A stretch of DNA of 63,688 bases, the filler included, from Saprolegnia diclina VS20 (lineage: Eukaryota), in assembly GCF_000281045.1 (NCBI RefSeq). It is 9 parts of 2 records of this genome, joined end to end, with 100 filler letters (N's around TTAATTAATTAA, not from the genome) between each part and the next. Parts side by side here need not be neighbours in the genome. Positions count along the whole stretch, not along the records: positions 20,036 to 29,716 come from NW_008246101.1; positions 29,817 to 42,733 come from NW_008246101.1; 7 more parts are not named here. The stretch is one strand, 5' to 3'. Under the pieces are notes generated by a model. It had not been told where the DNA came from. It searched no databases and worked only from the letters and a program-made list of their open reading frames with translations. Positions within the stretch are counted from its first letter, which is position 1; the number at the start of each line of letters is the position of its first letter. The position numbers and the translations under genes were made by a program. Below, in pieces: positions 25,744 through 36,560 of the stretch.

Positions 25744-27491
25744 ACGCGCACTGTGCGGGCTCTTTGTGATGTGGCGGTGTCAACTGGTATCGAATGGACG
25801 CAAGACGCGTCTGCAAGCGTTTTGTTCACATCTGACGCTCCTCGTACGCGTTCGATGCAGTGTCCATTGCTGAAGTGCGTTCGTGAAGTGGTGAAGTTGG
25901 ATCAAAAGGCAATGTCCGCGGTAGCTTGCTCGCAAAGTTGATCAAGCAAAGGTACTACATCAAAGAGCTGCACAAGCAGCATACACTGCGGTGACACCTG
26001 AACACACCTTACACAGGATACAGCCCGAGCTGGATGTGCAAAGGTTGGCGATGTTATGGGCGCTCATTGAATGCATCAGGCGAGGGGAGCGACGATGAGA
26101 CGGTCATTGCAAGGTGCATCCACCACCGACGGGGCGGTTGCGAATGGAGGCCCTCGCCGAAAGGCAAAACTGCAAGTACGAGCATTTCACGACGCTAACC
26201 CTAACCCACTCACATAGGTGGCGCTGGGAGAGCTTCGATTTGAACGACGAGGGTGTTGAGCAGAATGCAGTACGAAGATCAAACTTGAATAACCAGCAAG
26301 GAAATAATGTATGTCGCCAAAACATCGATCTAGTTGCGATCCGCGCAGTTCATGCCACTCGGTAGTCGAAAGGTGCTAGCCCTCGGTGTACTAGAGCATG
26401 GTACGGTGGGTCATGACCAGCGACGTGCAAGTCAAGAAGCGCGAGATCATAGCGAGCGAGGTGACCACTGGTGTGCGGGAGGGCGGGCCTTTCCATCCGA
26501 GACGCGACCGCGGGACTTTTTTTCTAAAGCGGAGACAATCATCCGCGGCATCTACAGTTGGAGGCTACATTGATAAGCGCAACGCCTCGACGAAAGCCAG
26601 ACTTGTCACTTGAAGCACGGAACGTTTGATAATCAAAGCCAAGTCCTATTTGGCAAATGGTTAGTGCATCTTGAGTTGTTGTGGATGGAGCATGCATCGA
26701 CGTACGTGAGCGCGAGTACAGTGTTTGGAGGGCACCCGTCATCTGGTGCTGATTGGCCCACAGATTGCTTCCAGAATGAACTCAGAAGCTGTGCGCTTGA
26801 TTTGGCCACGAATGGACTGCAGAACTAACACAAACGTTTGGTCGTGGCGAAATTGTAGCGAAAAATCTGGGACCACCGAGGCCCTGAGTGGTTTAGTTGG
26901 CTTGAGCGGTGTCTTGCCCATGCATGGTCTCGTTGACCTTGGTCGGCTTTGTGTGATCACGCATAGTCTTGATCTTGAAGCATGCTAAACGACAAAGTTT
27001 GCATATCGTCGCCGTGCGACACGAGCATGTTCGTGAATACTTTGACGTCTACCTTGATCGAGCGGATACGTCGCGAGTCACTGGTGACGCCGCAGTCGCC
27101 TTTCTTATGCAGAGATTCGTCATTCTGGGCCTTGTCTCGAGCGTCCAGGTATCGCGGTAGTAGCCGTCGGACGATGGGTGAACATAAGCGTAAGAACTTG
27201 TTGCCGTTGTGAGCAGCCCGGTGCGGATCTATGCGACGCATCTTGTTATTTTAGATCAACCGATCTAAAATAACCGGATATATTCGGATGCGGGCTCGGA
27301 CGGTTTCGTTTGAAACACACCCGACGGCTTGCACTCCTCTGTCGGATGGTCCGAGTACAGGAGCCTGCGTACGACCTCGCGCGAGCTATGACTCGGCGAG
27401 TGGGGTCCACCACGGGATGGATCTCTCAGTACGCAGCTCACTCCCAACGACCAAGTGCTGGTGCCAACTCCCACGCATTCAGGCGTAGCGC

Positions 27492-27560
27492 TACGTATGC
27501 GAAGTCTTTGTGTCATGATGAAGATAACGCGGAACACGCTCATATATATATATACAACCG
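27492..27560 (+). repeat. Short dispersed repeat, second copy at 58583-58644
   Basis: TACGTATGCGAAGTCTTTGTGT..ATGAAGATAACGCG.AACACG.TCATATATA at both sites. Confidence 0.8.
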
Positions 27561-28392
27561 ATTCCTTTGGCCGGTTTCCCACTGTTTGCGCGAACATGGG
27601 TCCAGCCGCGACCTCTTACCAACCACCGAGTCGTAGCGCCAACCATCCCTAAGCTCCAGCGCCAACCATGAGCGCCAACCATCCCAGCTTCGAGCTCATT
27701 TTTCGTTTGCTCTCGTGTCCGCATCCACAACCTTGACTTTTGCAAACTTTGTGGTTTTGCATCGTGCAAAATCTCACATTCTGCTTCACCGCGGCAGACC
27801 AAGCGACTGGCGCCACCATGGCAGGTGCGGCAATCGCGTGGGCCCTGACACAGCGCACAAGGAGCTTGCGGTACCACACTGGCCCCCATATGCAACACGG
27901 TACTGAAGTCAAGAATTCTTGATCGATCATGCCAAGGACAACGAACCTTAAAGCCACGGCCAACTCAGGCGTGTTGGCTAGTCATAGCCATTTCTGTCTC
28001 GTTTATGTTGCGTCTCTGATCCAACTTTGCCGCGAGTCCGAACGATTGCGAGAAGACTCTGTTCCGTCGGGCTCGCGCAGCGAGATATGCGCTACCGTGA
28101 CGGTTTCAAAAAATATATCTTGTTCACTGCCAGGCCTTCCTTGATGTAGCGTGCTTGACAGCTCAACGCCACAACAACCAAGCTCGTTAGTTTATCTCTA
28201 GCTACGGATGCCAACCCCGTAGGCTTGGAAATTCGCGTTACCAGGGCCGGGCAACGATCGACACGCACAGGCCGGAGACGTTGATCGCAAATGATTTCTG
28301 TGGTCAGCTCCATGTGGGCGATGAAACGAACTCTGTGACGTTAAGGTCACTTTGCATTTGCAACGAACGGATCGCAGGCCGCAACGCAGACC

Positions 28393-29202
28393 ATGTTTGC
28401 CCGAACTGTCACCTCGTCGACGCAAGTGTCCGTGGTCCAGCCACCCGGACGCCAACGAGTTGGCAAAGGCAAGCCCAAGGCCAAGCTCAGTCAACAGCGG
28501 TACCGTACGCAGAAGCGGCAGCAGCTTGAACGCCTCGAGCACGACGTCCAGCAGCTCCAGCGGCACANNNNNNNNNNNNNNNNNNNNNNNNNNNNNNNNN
28601 NNNNNNNNNNNNNNNNNNNNNNNNNNNNNNNNNNNNNNNNNNNNNNNNNNNNNNNNNNNNNNNNNNNNNNNNNNNNNNNNNNNNNNNNNNNNNNNNNNNN
28701 NNNNNNNNNNNNNNNNNNNNNNNNNNNNNNNNNNNNNNNNNNNNNNNNNNNNNNNNNNNNNNNNNNNNNNNNNNNNNNNNNNNNNNNNNNNNNNNNNNNN
28801 NNNNNNNNNNNNNNNNNNNNNNNNNNNNNNNNNNNNNNNNNNNNNNNNNNNNNNNNNNNNNNNNNNNNNNNNNNNNNNNNNNNNNNNNNNNNNNNNNNNN
28901 NNNNNNNNNNNNNNNNNNNNNNNNNNNNNNNNNNNNNNNNNNNNNNNNNNNNNNNNNNNNNNNNNNNNNNNNNNNNNNNNNNNNNNNNNNNNNNNNNNNN
29001 NNNNNNNNNNNNNNNNNNNNNNNNNNNNNNNNNNNNNNNNNNNNNNNNNNNNNNNNNNNNNNNNNNNNNNNNNNNNNNNNNNNNNNNNNNNNNNNNNNNN
29101 NNNNNNNNNNNNNNNNNNNNNNNNNNNNNNNNNNNNNNNNNNCTTGTCGTGGCGGACGGCGCGCAGATGAACTCAAGCGGCGAGCTCACGATGCTCCAGT
29201 AG
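28393..29202 (+). CDS. Oomycete bZIP-like family gene, copy 3 (middle in N gap)
   Basis: KAKLSQQRYRTQKRQQLERLEHDVQQLQRH before the gap and LVVADGAQMNSSGELT after it, nearly identical to copy 2. Confidence 0.7.
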   Translation: MFARTVTSSTQVSVVQPPGRQRVGKGKPKAKLSQQRYRTQKRQQLERLEHDVQQLQRHXXXXXXXXXXXXXXXXXXXXXXXXXXXXXXXXXXXXXXXXXXXXXXXXXXXXXXXXXXXXXXXXXXXXXXXXXXXXXXXXXXXXXXXXXXXXXXXXXXXXXXXXXXXXXXXXXXXXXXXXXXXXXXXXXXXXXXXXXXXXXXXXXXXXXXXXXXXXXXXXXXXXXXXXXXXXXXXXXXXXXXXXXXXXXXXXLVVADGAQMNSSGELTMLQ

Positions 29203-29401
29203 TGCGCTAGCCTTCTTTATTTGTAATTCATTTTCTGGTGTACGACCTTTCTGGTGCCTCTGTCGTCCGGAGCGTAAGTTTTTCACACTCGATTCGGGCA
29301 ATTGAAATCTCTGATGCAGCCCAGTCAGACAGTGTCGGCGTCAAATTCTCCGTGATCTGCTTTTGTATCGTGATTTCCACAGCTTTGCGCTCGTTTGCGC
29401 T

Positions 29402-29620
29402 GCCTTTTCACGCTTTTTCAGCGTGACAAACTTGTGATCCCTTGAAATCATCGCATCGTTCAATGCAATTTGGCCAATCAAAATGCCTTGCACGCGACAA
29501 GTAGCCAATCACGTCCAATATTGAGCTTTGCACTCCAACCCGAAATGCAAAGTGATTCGAGAAGCAACAGACAGGCCCGTTGCCAGCGCTTCAACCTTCG
29601 GCGGAGATCCTTCGGTTCAG
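29402..29620 (-). repeat. ~215-bp repeat, inverted partner of 20178-20384, abutting a bZIP-like gene fragment (29621-29716)
   Basis: Reverse-complement match to 20178-20384. Following sequence ATGAACGAG|gt...TTTGCCCAGTGGC resembles the copy 2 exon junction. Confidence 0.8.
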
Positions 29621-29932
29621 AGCTCTTCATGAACGAGGTACGGTGCCATAAGCGCGAGTCCTTATCACGCATATACCTCGACTAGAGAGGCATTGACAAG
29701 CTGTTTGCCCAGTGGCNNNNNNNNNNNNNNNNNNNNNNNNNNNNNNNNNNNNNNNNNNNNTTAATTAATTAANNNNNNNNNNNNNNNNNNNNNNNNNNNN
29801 NNNNNNNNNNNNNNNNATGGCACCCCTGGCAGGACATGGGCGTTCGAGCCGTGTTCGTTGTGGTAGCTTTCGCTACCGCGATGCTGGAGACATTGATGAA
29901 CTCCATCGAGATGATTGTTGCTGTCTGTACTA

Positions 29933-30499
29933 TTGTACGGGCCTCTTGAAATGGTGCATCAGTTGGAGTACCATATCTCGGGAACGACACAGGTAACGCG
30001 AAATCTGAAAAGTGCATGAAAAAGATAATGATTCGATTGTCCGGAATATATTTATACATAGACGTTATGACATGATCGGACGCAGTAAATGGCTTTCAGG
30101 CAGAGCGTGCACTTTCAAGGCCCTTTTGGACGCCACCAACTGTCCTCATATACGCATCCTATTGGCCAGTTCACATACCATCTGTATACGGCCTGCAGAT
30201 CCACCCAGCATCTGGTTAACTGGTTTCAAAATTCGCCCTTGAAGGCCAATCAGAGCACCGTATTCCGTAAAAGTGTCCAGAGTCGTCACCCATTTCTGCC
30301 AAATTCACATGCTTTAATGTGTGAATTGTACACAAACGAATTAATCCATAACCACTTGCACTACTTGACTACCAAATGCATACGTTGATAGCACGTATCA
30401 AATTATGTGACCCTTCGGAATTTTGGCTCCGTAGCTGCATTGGTCAACGCGAAACCTCGATTGCAAAACAGCGTGCACCATTTCAAGAGGCCCGTACAA
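29933..30499. mobile_element. Putative MITE with 26-bp perfect TIRs and TA target duplication
   Basis: TA-TTGTACGGGCCTCTTGAAATGGTGCA (29931-29958) and its exact reverse complement (30474-30501). AT-rich, non-coding interior. Confidence 0.75.
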
Positions 30500-30714
30500 T
30501 AACGTTAGTGCGGTGTCCCTTCGTTGGAGGCTGCTCGATGGTCCACGCGCAGGTAATGTCGCAGGTGGCGTCCGTCGCCAAAGAGATGGCCTCCACTTGT
30601 CTTCAACAGCTTCAACGCCCTGCAAGGATAAATACCAATCTATTGCTCCATGCTGCCGGTGCCAGGAAGCAACGAGACGCACGCAGTGGTGTCCGTACAG
30701 GGTCGCTTACAGAT

Positions 30715-31578
30715 TTATGCCCAGCGGGGAAGCTTGGTTTTGCCAGGGTACACTTGGTCAACGAATTCGTGCACATCACTGGCGGCCTTGGCCCGCGCCA
30801 TTTCATCGGCTTGCTTCTCGTCGAGGGCTTCCATCGCGCCGCGGTGCGCGGCTTCATGCATTTCGCGTTGCTGGAGCTGCATGCGGGCGACGATCATCGC
30901 CTCTTCTTCCTCGAGCTTCTCAAACGCCGCTTGCTCTTGCTTGTGCTTGAGCTTCAACGCCGCGCGGGCGCGGGCGTGGCGATTGAGCGCGTACTCATTC
31001 TGAAATGCGTGCTTCTCCGAGAGGTGTGTTTTGTTGCGCTGGTGCTGTGACAACAGGCACTTCTCGTCGTACTGCATGCGGTCGTCGAGCTGGTCCTGCG
31101 CCGGCGAATGCTTCGCGAGCTGCTCCGTGATTTCGGCCGCATTGGCTTCGAGGAAGCGTTTCTTCTCGTCAGCGTGGCGCGCGCGAAGCACCTCGAGCTC
31201 ATCGCAGTGCTTGATCTGGAGCGCGTGCCAATCGTTGTCGTCAAAGCGCAACGTCTCCTTCGTGCGCTCTTCTTGCTCGAGCGCGAGCGCTGCATCCTCG
31301 CCTTTCTGCACTTGGGCGAGCAGTGACTGCTTCTTCTGGTGGTACGCCTTGAGGTAGTCCATCTCATGCTGCTGCCGAGACAGGAGCTGCGACCTCTTGG
31401 AGCCTTGGGCTGAGTCGAGCGCTTTGGTCTCTCGCCCATGGGATTCGCGAAGCGCGTCCTCTACGCTCTGCTTTCGGATGTCTTCTAGCTCGGGGCTTCT
31501 CTCGCTCATACTTGGCTCGATTCCAACTGCCAACTGCCTCAAGTCCGAATCGGAAACTTGACGCCGGATGCGGGACAT
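30715..31578 (-). CDS. Uncharacterised coiled-coil protein (Q/E/H/K-rich helical repeats)
   Basis: Long ORF with host-like codon use from MSRIRRQVSDSDL. Helical repeats such as LSRQQHE, LRARHADE, LKHKQEQ. Confidence 0.7.
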   Translation of the reverse strand: MSRIRRQVSDSDLRQLAVGIEPSMSERSPELEDIRKQSVEDALRESHGRETKALDSAQGSKRSQLLSRQQHEMDYLKAYHQKKQSLLAQVQKGEDAALALEQEERTKETLRFDDNDWHALQIKHCDELEVLRARHADEKKRFLEANAAEITEQLAKHSPAQDQLDDRMQYDEKCLLSQHQRNKTHLSEKHAFQNEYALNRHARARAALKLKHKQEQAAFEKLEEEEAMIVARMQLQQREMHEAAHRGAMEALDEKQADEMARAKAASDVHEFVDQVYPGKTKLPRWA

Positions 31579-31700
31579 GACGGCGGGCGGGTCCCAGGCC
31601 ACGCGTCGTGTCCCTCTCCATTCTGCTTGGTTTGCTTCTGCTAGTTGTTTTTGCTTCTTACTTTTGCTTTGGACGCCTTGGAGCGAGCCACCTCGTGAGT

Positions 31701-32237
31701 ATGAGTAGTTGTGACGCGACTGAGTGCGCCGTGGCAACAGGCCACACCGACAACGCGGCAACGGCGACGACAGCGCTCTTATTGCCCCATGCCATTGACA
31801 CTGAAGCGCCGTTGCTACACGAAGTGCAAGTCGACGAGTTCGCGGTGCTCACCGCCCGCCACGCCCAAGAAGAACGAGCGCTCACGCAGCTGCATGAAAT
31901 TGAAGATACGACGTACCAGGCCGTGCTGAGAGAGGCTAAGTACGTCGACGCGGACGTGGCCGACACGGCGTGCCCGACCTACTATGTGGCGCTGTACCTC
32001 AAGCACAAGCAAGAGCAGCGTGCACTGCGCAAGAACCAGCTGGCCGAGTCGGTGCTATTTTGCCGCGCCCAGCGCGATCAATACGAAGCGTTCGTGCGCC
32101 AGCAGGAGCGCGCACGCGCGGCGCTCGCGGTCAAGCAGCGCCACGAGATGGAGCGCGCCATGCACGACGCCGACGAACCGATCTTTTTCGAGCTCCTGTA
32201 CCGCGAGCTGCTTGGCGATACCCTGGGCGATACGTAG
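31701..32237 (+). CDS. Uncharacterised coiled-coil protein, similar to the divergent neighbour
   Basis: LTARHAQEE, ALYLKHKQEQRAL and ALAVKQRHEMERA parallel segments of the 30715-31578 protein. Confidence 0.65.
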   Translation: MSSCDATECAVATGHTDNAATATTALLLPHAIDTEAPLLHEVQVDEFAVLTARHAQEERALTQLHEIEDTTYQAVLREAKYVDADVADTACPTYYVALYLKHKQEQRALRKNQLAESVLFCRAQRDQYEAFVRQQERARAALAVKQRHEMERAMHDADEPIFFELLYRELLGDTLGDT

Positions 32238-32749
32238 GTACAATACCACGTAACATGTCAAATTGCCCTTTGCAACACCATGTTATAACACTTTAGGTTT
32301 CGGGCCGCACCACCGATCAGTCGCCAACACGCACAAGCACTTTAGCCAACGACCGATACCGAGCAACCGCGTGGTAGCCGCCTATTGCAAGGTCATGACG
32401 TCCGCGGCCTCGGTCGCCACCGACGGCGGTGTTCCGACCGGAGGCGCTCGTGGGACAGTCGGCCACTCGGTGTCCCGTAAGTTCAACCATCTGCCAAAGT
32501 GCAAAGTGCATATTAATATTCCACTTTCAGCGCTACTCACTGGCTATTTGTAGCTAGAATTGATCGTTTCAATAAAAAACGTGTTTTCGTGGTGGCACGG
32601 GTGTTTTATTTGATGATTTGCGATGGCATACAAAGACCAAGATAACATTAAACAACGTATTTTATGTCCCAAGTCCTGGGGCTATCTGACGTCACTCACG
32701 GACGCCCCCAGCGCTTCATTTTGCCTTTTGCCAATAAGCTTGCGCTAAG

Positions 32750-35236
32750 ATGCTGCGCTTGTCCCGTTCCCGCATCTTTGCCCGCCACGCGTCGTCCTTT
32801 GCGCGCAGCGATGGCACGCCCATGTTCTCCAAGATCCTTATCGCCAACCGCGGCGAAATCGCTTGCCGCGTCCAGCGTTCGGCCAAGAAGCTCGGCGTGC
32901 GCACGGTCGCCGTCTACTCGGACGCCGATGCGAACGCGCAGCACGTCAAGATGGCCGACGAAGCCTACCGCCTCGGACCTCCGCCGGCCGCCGAGAGCTA
33001 CCTCCTCTTTGACGAGATCCTCCGCATTGCCAAGGAGTCGGGCGCGCAGGCCATTCACCCGGGCTACGGCTTCCTCTCGGAGAACGCTGCCTTTGCGCGT
33101 GCGTGCGCCGCCGCCAACGTCGAGTTCATCGGCCCACCGGTGCCCGCCATTGAGGCCATGGGCTCCAAGAGGTACATCCCAAGTCGCTACATCGTGTTGC
33201 ACTCACGTTCATGTGTCTAGTGCGTCCAAGAACATTATGATCAAGGCCGGTGTGCCCGTCACGCCAGGCTACCACGGTGACGACCAGAGCTACGAGCGTA
33301 TCCGCGACGAAGCGGTCAAGATCGGGTACCCGGTGTTGCTCAAGGCTGTGCTTGGCGGTGGTGGCAAGGTACTTGTGTGCGAGTCGTTTTTCAATCTGAC
33401 GCGGGATCTAGGGCATGCGCATTGTCGACACTGAAGCCGAGCTCGAAGAAGCGATGGACGCCTGCAAGCGCGAGGCCAAGGCGTCGTTTGCAAGCACGGA
33501 CATCCTCGTCGAGAAGTACTTGCGCCGTCCGCGCCACGTCGAGCTGCAGATCTTTGGTGACAAGCACGGCAACGTCGTGCACCTCTTTGAGCGCGACTGC
33601 TCGGTCCAGCGCCGGCACCAAAAGGTCCTCGAGGAGGCCCCCGCGGTACGACGTCGATCTACGTAGCATCTCGAGCTGACAATATGTTATTGTTGGTAGC
33701 CCAACATGAGCGAGGCGCTTCGCAAGAAGATGGGTGACGCAGCCGTCGCAGCGGCCAAGGCCGTCGGCTACGTTGGCGCCGGCACGGTCGAGTTTCTCCT
33801 CGACGAAGACGAGTCGTTCTACTTTATGGAGATGAACACGCGCCTCCAAGTCGAGCACCCGGTCACCGAGTTCATCACGCAGCAGGACCTTGTCGAGATG
33901 CAGCTCAAGGTCGCGGCCGGCCAGAAGCTGCCGGTGGCGCAAGAGGACCTCAAGATCCACGGCCACGCCATTGAAGCGCGCATTTACGCCGAGAACCCGT
34001 ACAAGTACGCTCTCTCTTCTCTCTGTTGGAGTCCAAAACTCACACATTTTGGATAGCAACTTTCTGCCCGGTAGCGGTACGCTCCACCACCTGCGCCTCC
34101 CGCCCCTCTCGGACTCGGTGCGTGTCGACACGGGCATCCTCCAAGGCGACGCGGTCTCGATCTTTTACGACCCGATGATTGCCAAGCTCGTCGTGCACGG
34201 CAAGGACCGCCAGGACGCGCTCGACGGCCTTGTCCGCGCCCTCAAGCAGTACCAGGTGCGACATGTTTGCTCACGTGGTCGCTTGCTGATACCTGTGTTC
34301 TTGTAGATTGTGGGTCTCCCGACCAACATTGAATTCGTCGCGCGCACGGCGGCCCACCCCGAGTTTGTCAAGGGCGGTGTCGACACGAGCTTTCTCACCG
34401 TACGCGCCTCGTCCTCGACAATAAGAACTGAGTCGCATCGATTTGTAGAAATACGGCGACGACGTGCTGGCGCCGTACCCGTCGCTGCCGCCGCACGCGC
34501 CCGTGCTCGGTGCGATCGCGCTCCTCCTGCAGCAGCAGCAGGCCAAGGCGGCGTTCGAGCCGACGACGGCCGGTATTTCTTGTTGAATTTCGGATTGTCC
34601 GTCATTTTCGGATTTTACGGTAGATCCGGCGTCGCCGTGGTCGAGCTTGAAGAACTACCGGTCGCTCGAGACGCTGCACCGGACGTTCTCGCTCCAGCAC
34701 GAGACGCACCCGATGACCTTTGATGTCGCGTGCCTCGCCGACAATGTGTTTGACGTGGTCGTCGACGGCGCGCCGGCGCAGCGCGTGTCCGGCTCGATTG
34801 ACCCGAGCGGCGACTTTAACCTCGTGATCGACACGCACGCGTACACGGGCACGGCGGTCGTGTACAAGAACGACTTGCATTTGTTTTGCAACGACGGCTC
34901 GCTCCGTACGCTGTCTACGTTCTGGTTGTGTGGCTCACCGTAGGGGTAGGGTACGACTACAAGCTCACGATCCCCGAGGCGTCGTTTGATGGCGACGGTG
35001 CGGGTGCGGGCGGCGCGTCGTCGCTCGTGACGCCGATGCCCGGCAAGATCATCAAGGTCATGGCCAAGGCCGGCGATACGATCAAGGCGGACCAGCCGCT
35101 CTTGATCATGGAAGCGATGAAGATGGAGCACGTCATTCGCGCGCCGCGGGACGGTGTCGTGGGCGAGATGAACTGTGACGTCGGCGACTTTGTCACGGAC
35201 GGGCACGTGCTCGTCGAACTCGCCAAGGACGAGTAA
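32750..35236 (+). CDS. MCCC1: 3-methylcrotonyl-CoA carboxylase alpha subunit (biotin carboxylase + biotin carrier), mitochondrial, multi-exon
   Basis: Presequence, [60 protein letters not shown], biotinyl EAMKMEH. Confidence 0.9.
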
Positions 35237-36047
35237 GCCCTTGCTTGATGGCCCCTACTTGTACAACACCATGACCTGTTTCGATAACAACCACGGCGCG
35301 GAATAGAGCTACTTACTGCGTTCCATCTGTATCTTATTTGATTCGACCTGATTTGGTCTTCTCGAGCGACGACGCGTGCTCTGGCGCGAGGCGATCCGTG
35401 GCGACGACACGGTAGATCCGCCTCCTTCTACGCCCAGGAAGAGCCAGCAGCCTCCCATTCGATCGTCTTTCATTTGCGTACTTTGCCACCTGATCTTACG
35501 TCGCTGGCTTGGTCACGCAACCAACGACACGGCTCTCCGAAGCCACGCGCCAGAAGCCACCAAGGAACCGAGCCCGCACCGTGCAGTTGCCGTCGTCACC
35601 CAGTAAACGCAACAGCCGACATGACATGGCTGCTTGACACGCCACGCCCATGGCGAAGCGACGGAGAGCGCAAGTCACGGCGCGGTAACGGCGTCGCCTG
35701 ACGCGGCGACGGGTGCGTCGTCGCTGCGGTCGTGCGAAGACACGGGTGCACCTGTACTGTGGCAGTCTGTGTCAAGTGCGTGGTAACGCTGCTACTTGCA
35801 GCAGTCGTCGGCGTTGGCGCCACCGCGTTACCTGCCACTTTTGCGTCAGTGCAATGTCAGGGGCCAATCACATGCCGAGTGCCCGTTGGCCGACGTCGCT
35901 GATTGGCCGATTCAAACGGCCCGACGACAAATGTGTCAACTTGACCCGACCACCGCCTTGCACATGGCGACGGACGGACTTGCGTTACGCGCACGACTTA
36001 GTCGAACGCACGGCTTTGCTTAGATTTGGAATAGTGCCCTCTCCGTC

Positions 36048-36467
36048 ATGAAGAGTGAGAGCTGCGACTTCAAGGGCTGCCACCGCCCGATCGACGCGGC
36101 CAGTGGCGCCAAGCGCACGTGCGCCGTGCACAAGTACCGCCGCCACTGCGCGATCCCGCTCTGCACCAACCAAGTGTACGCGCGCAAGCTCTGCGCCCGC
36201 CATGGCGGCAAGCGCACGTGCAAAGTCGACCGCTGCTGCGCGCCCACGACCGGCCGCGGCGGCTTTTGCTCGGTCCACGGCCCCGCTCGGAATCGCTCGT
36301 CGGCGCGGTCGTCGTCGGCCGTGAGCGCCGACAGCACGAGCGACGAGAGCGACGACGCGCGCTGGTCGCCGCTCGCTTTTCGAACCGACTCGGACCCGTT
36401 GCTGGTCGAGGTCTCGGCCGACATTCTCAGCCTCATCCTCGAGCTTGACAGCACGCCGGCGCGGTGA
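36048..36467 (+). CDS. Small Cys/His-repeat (C-x4-C...C-x2-H-GG) zinc-finger-like protein
   Basis: CAIPLCTNQVYARKLCARHGGKRTCKVDRC...GGFCSVHG repeats, a type expanded in oomycetes. Confidence 0.7.
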   Translation: MKSESCDFKGCHRPIDAASGAKRTCAVHKYRRHCAIPLCTNQVYARKLCARHGGKRTCKVDRCCAPTTGRGGFCSVHGPARNRSSARSSSAVSADSTSDESDDARWSPLAFRTDSDPLLVEVSADILSLILELDSTPAR

Positions 36468-36560
36468 CATGCCATCGATTCTCCGATGCCAGACGGGAGT
36501 TGCTGTTGTCGTCTCTCATTATTTAATACAAAGCTGCAAGACATGTTGCATCACCATCGT

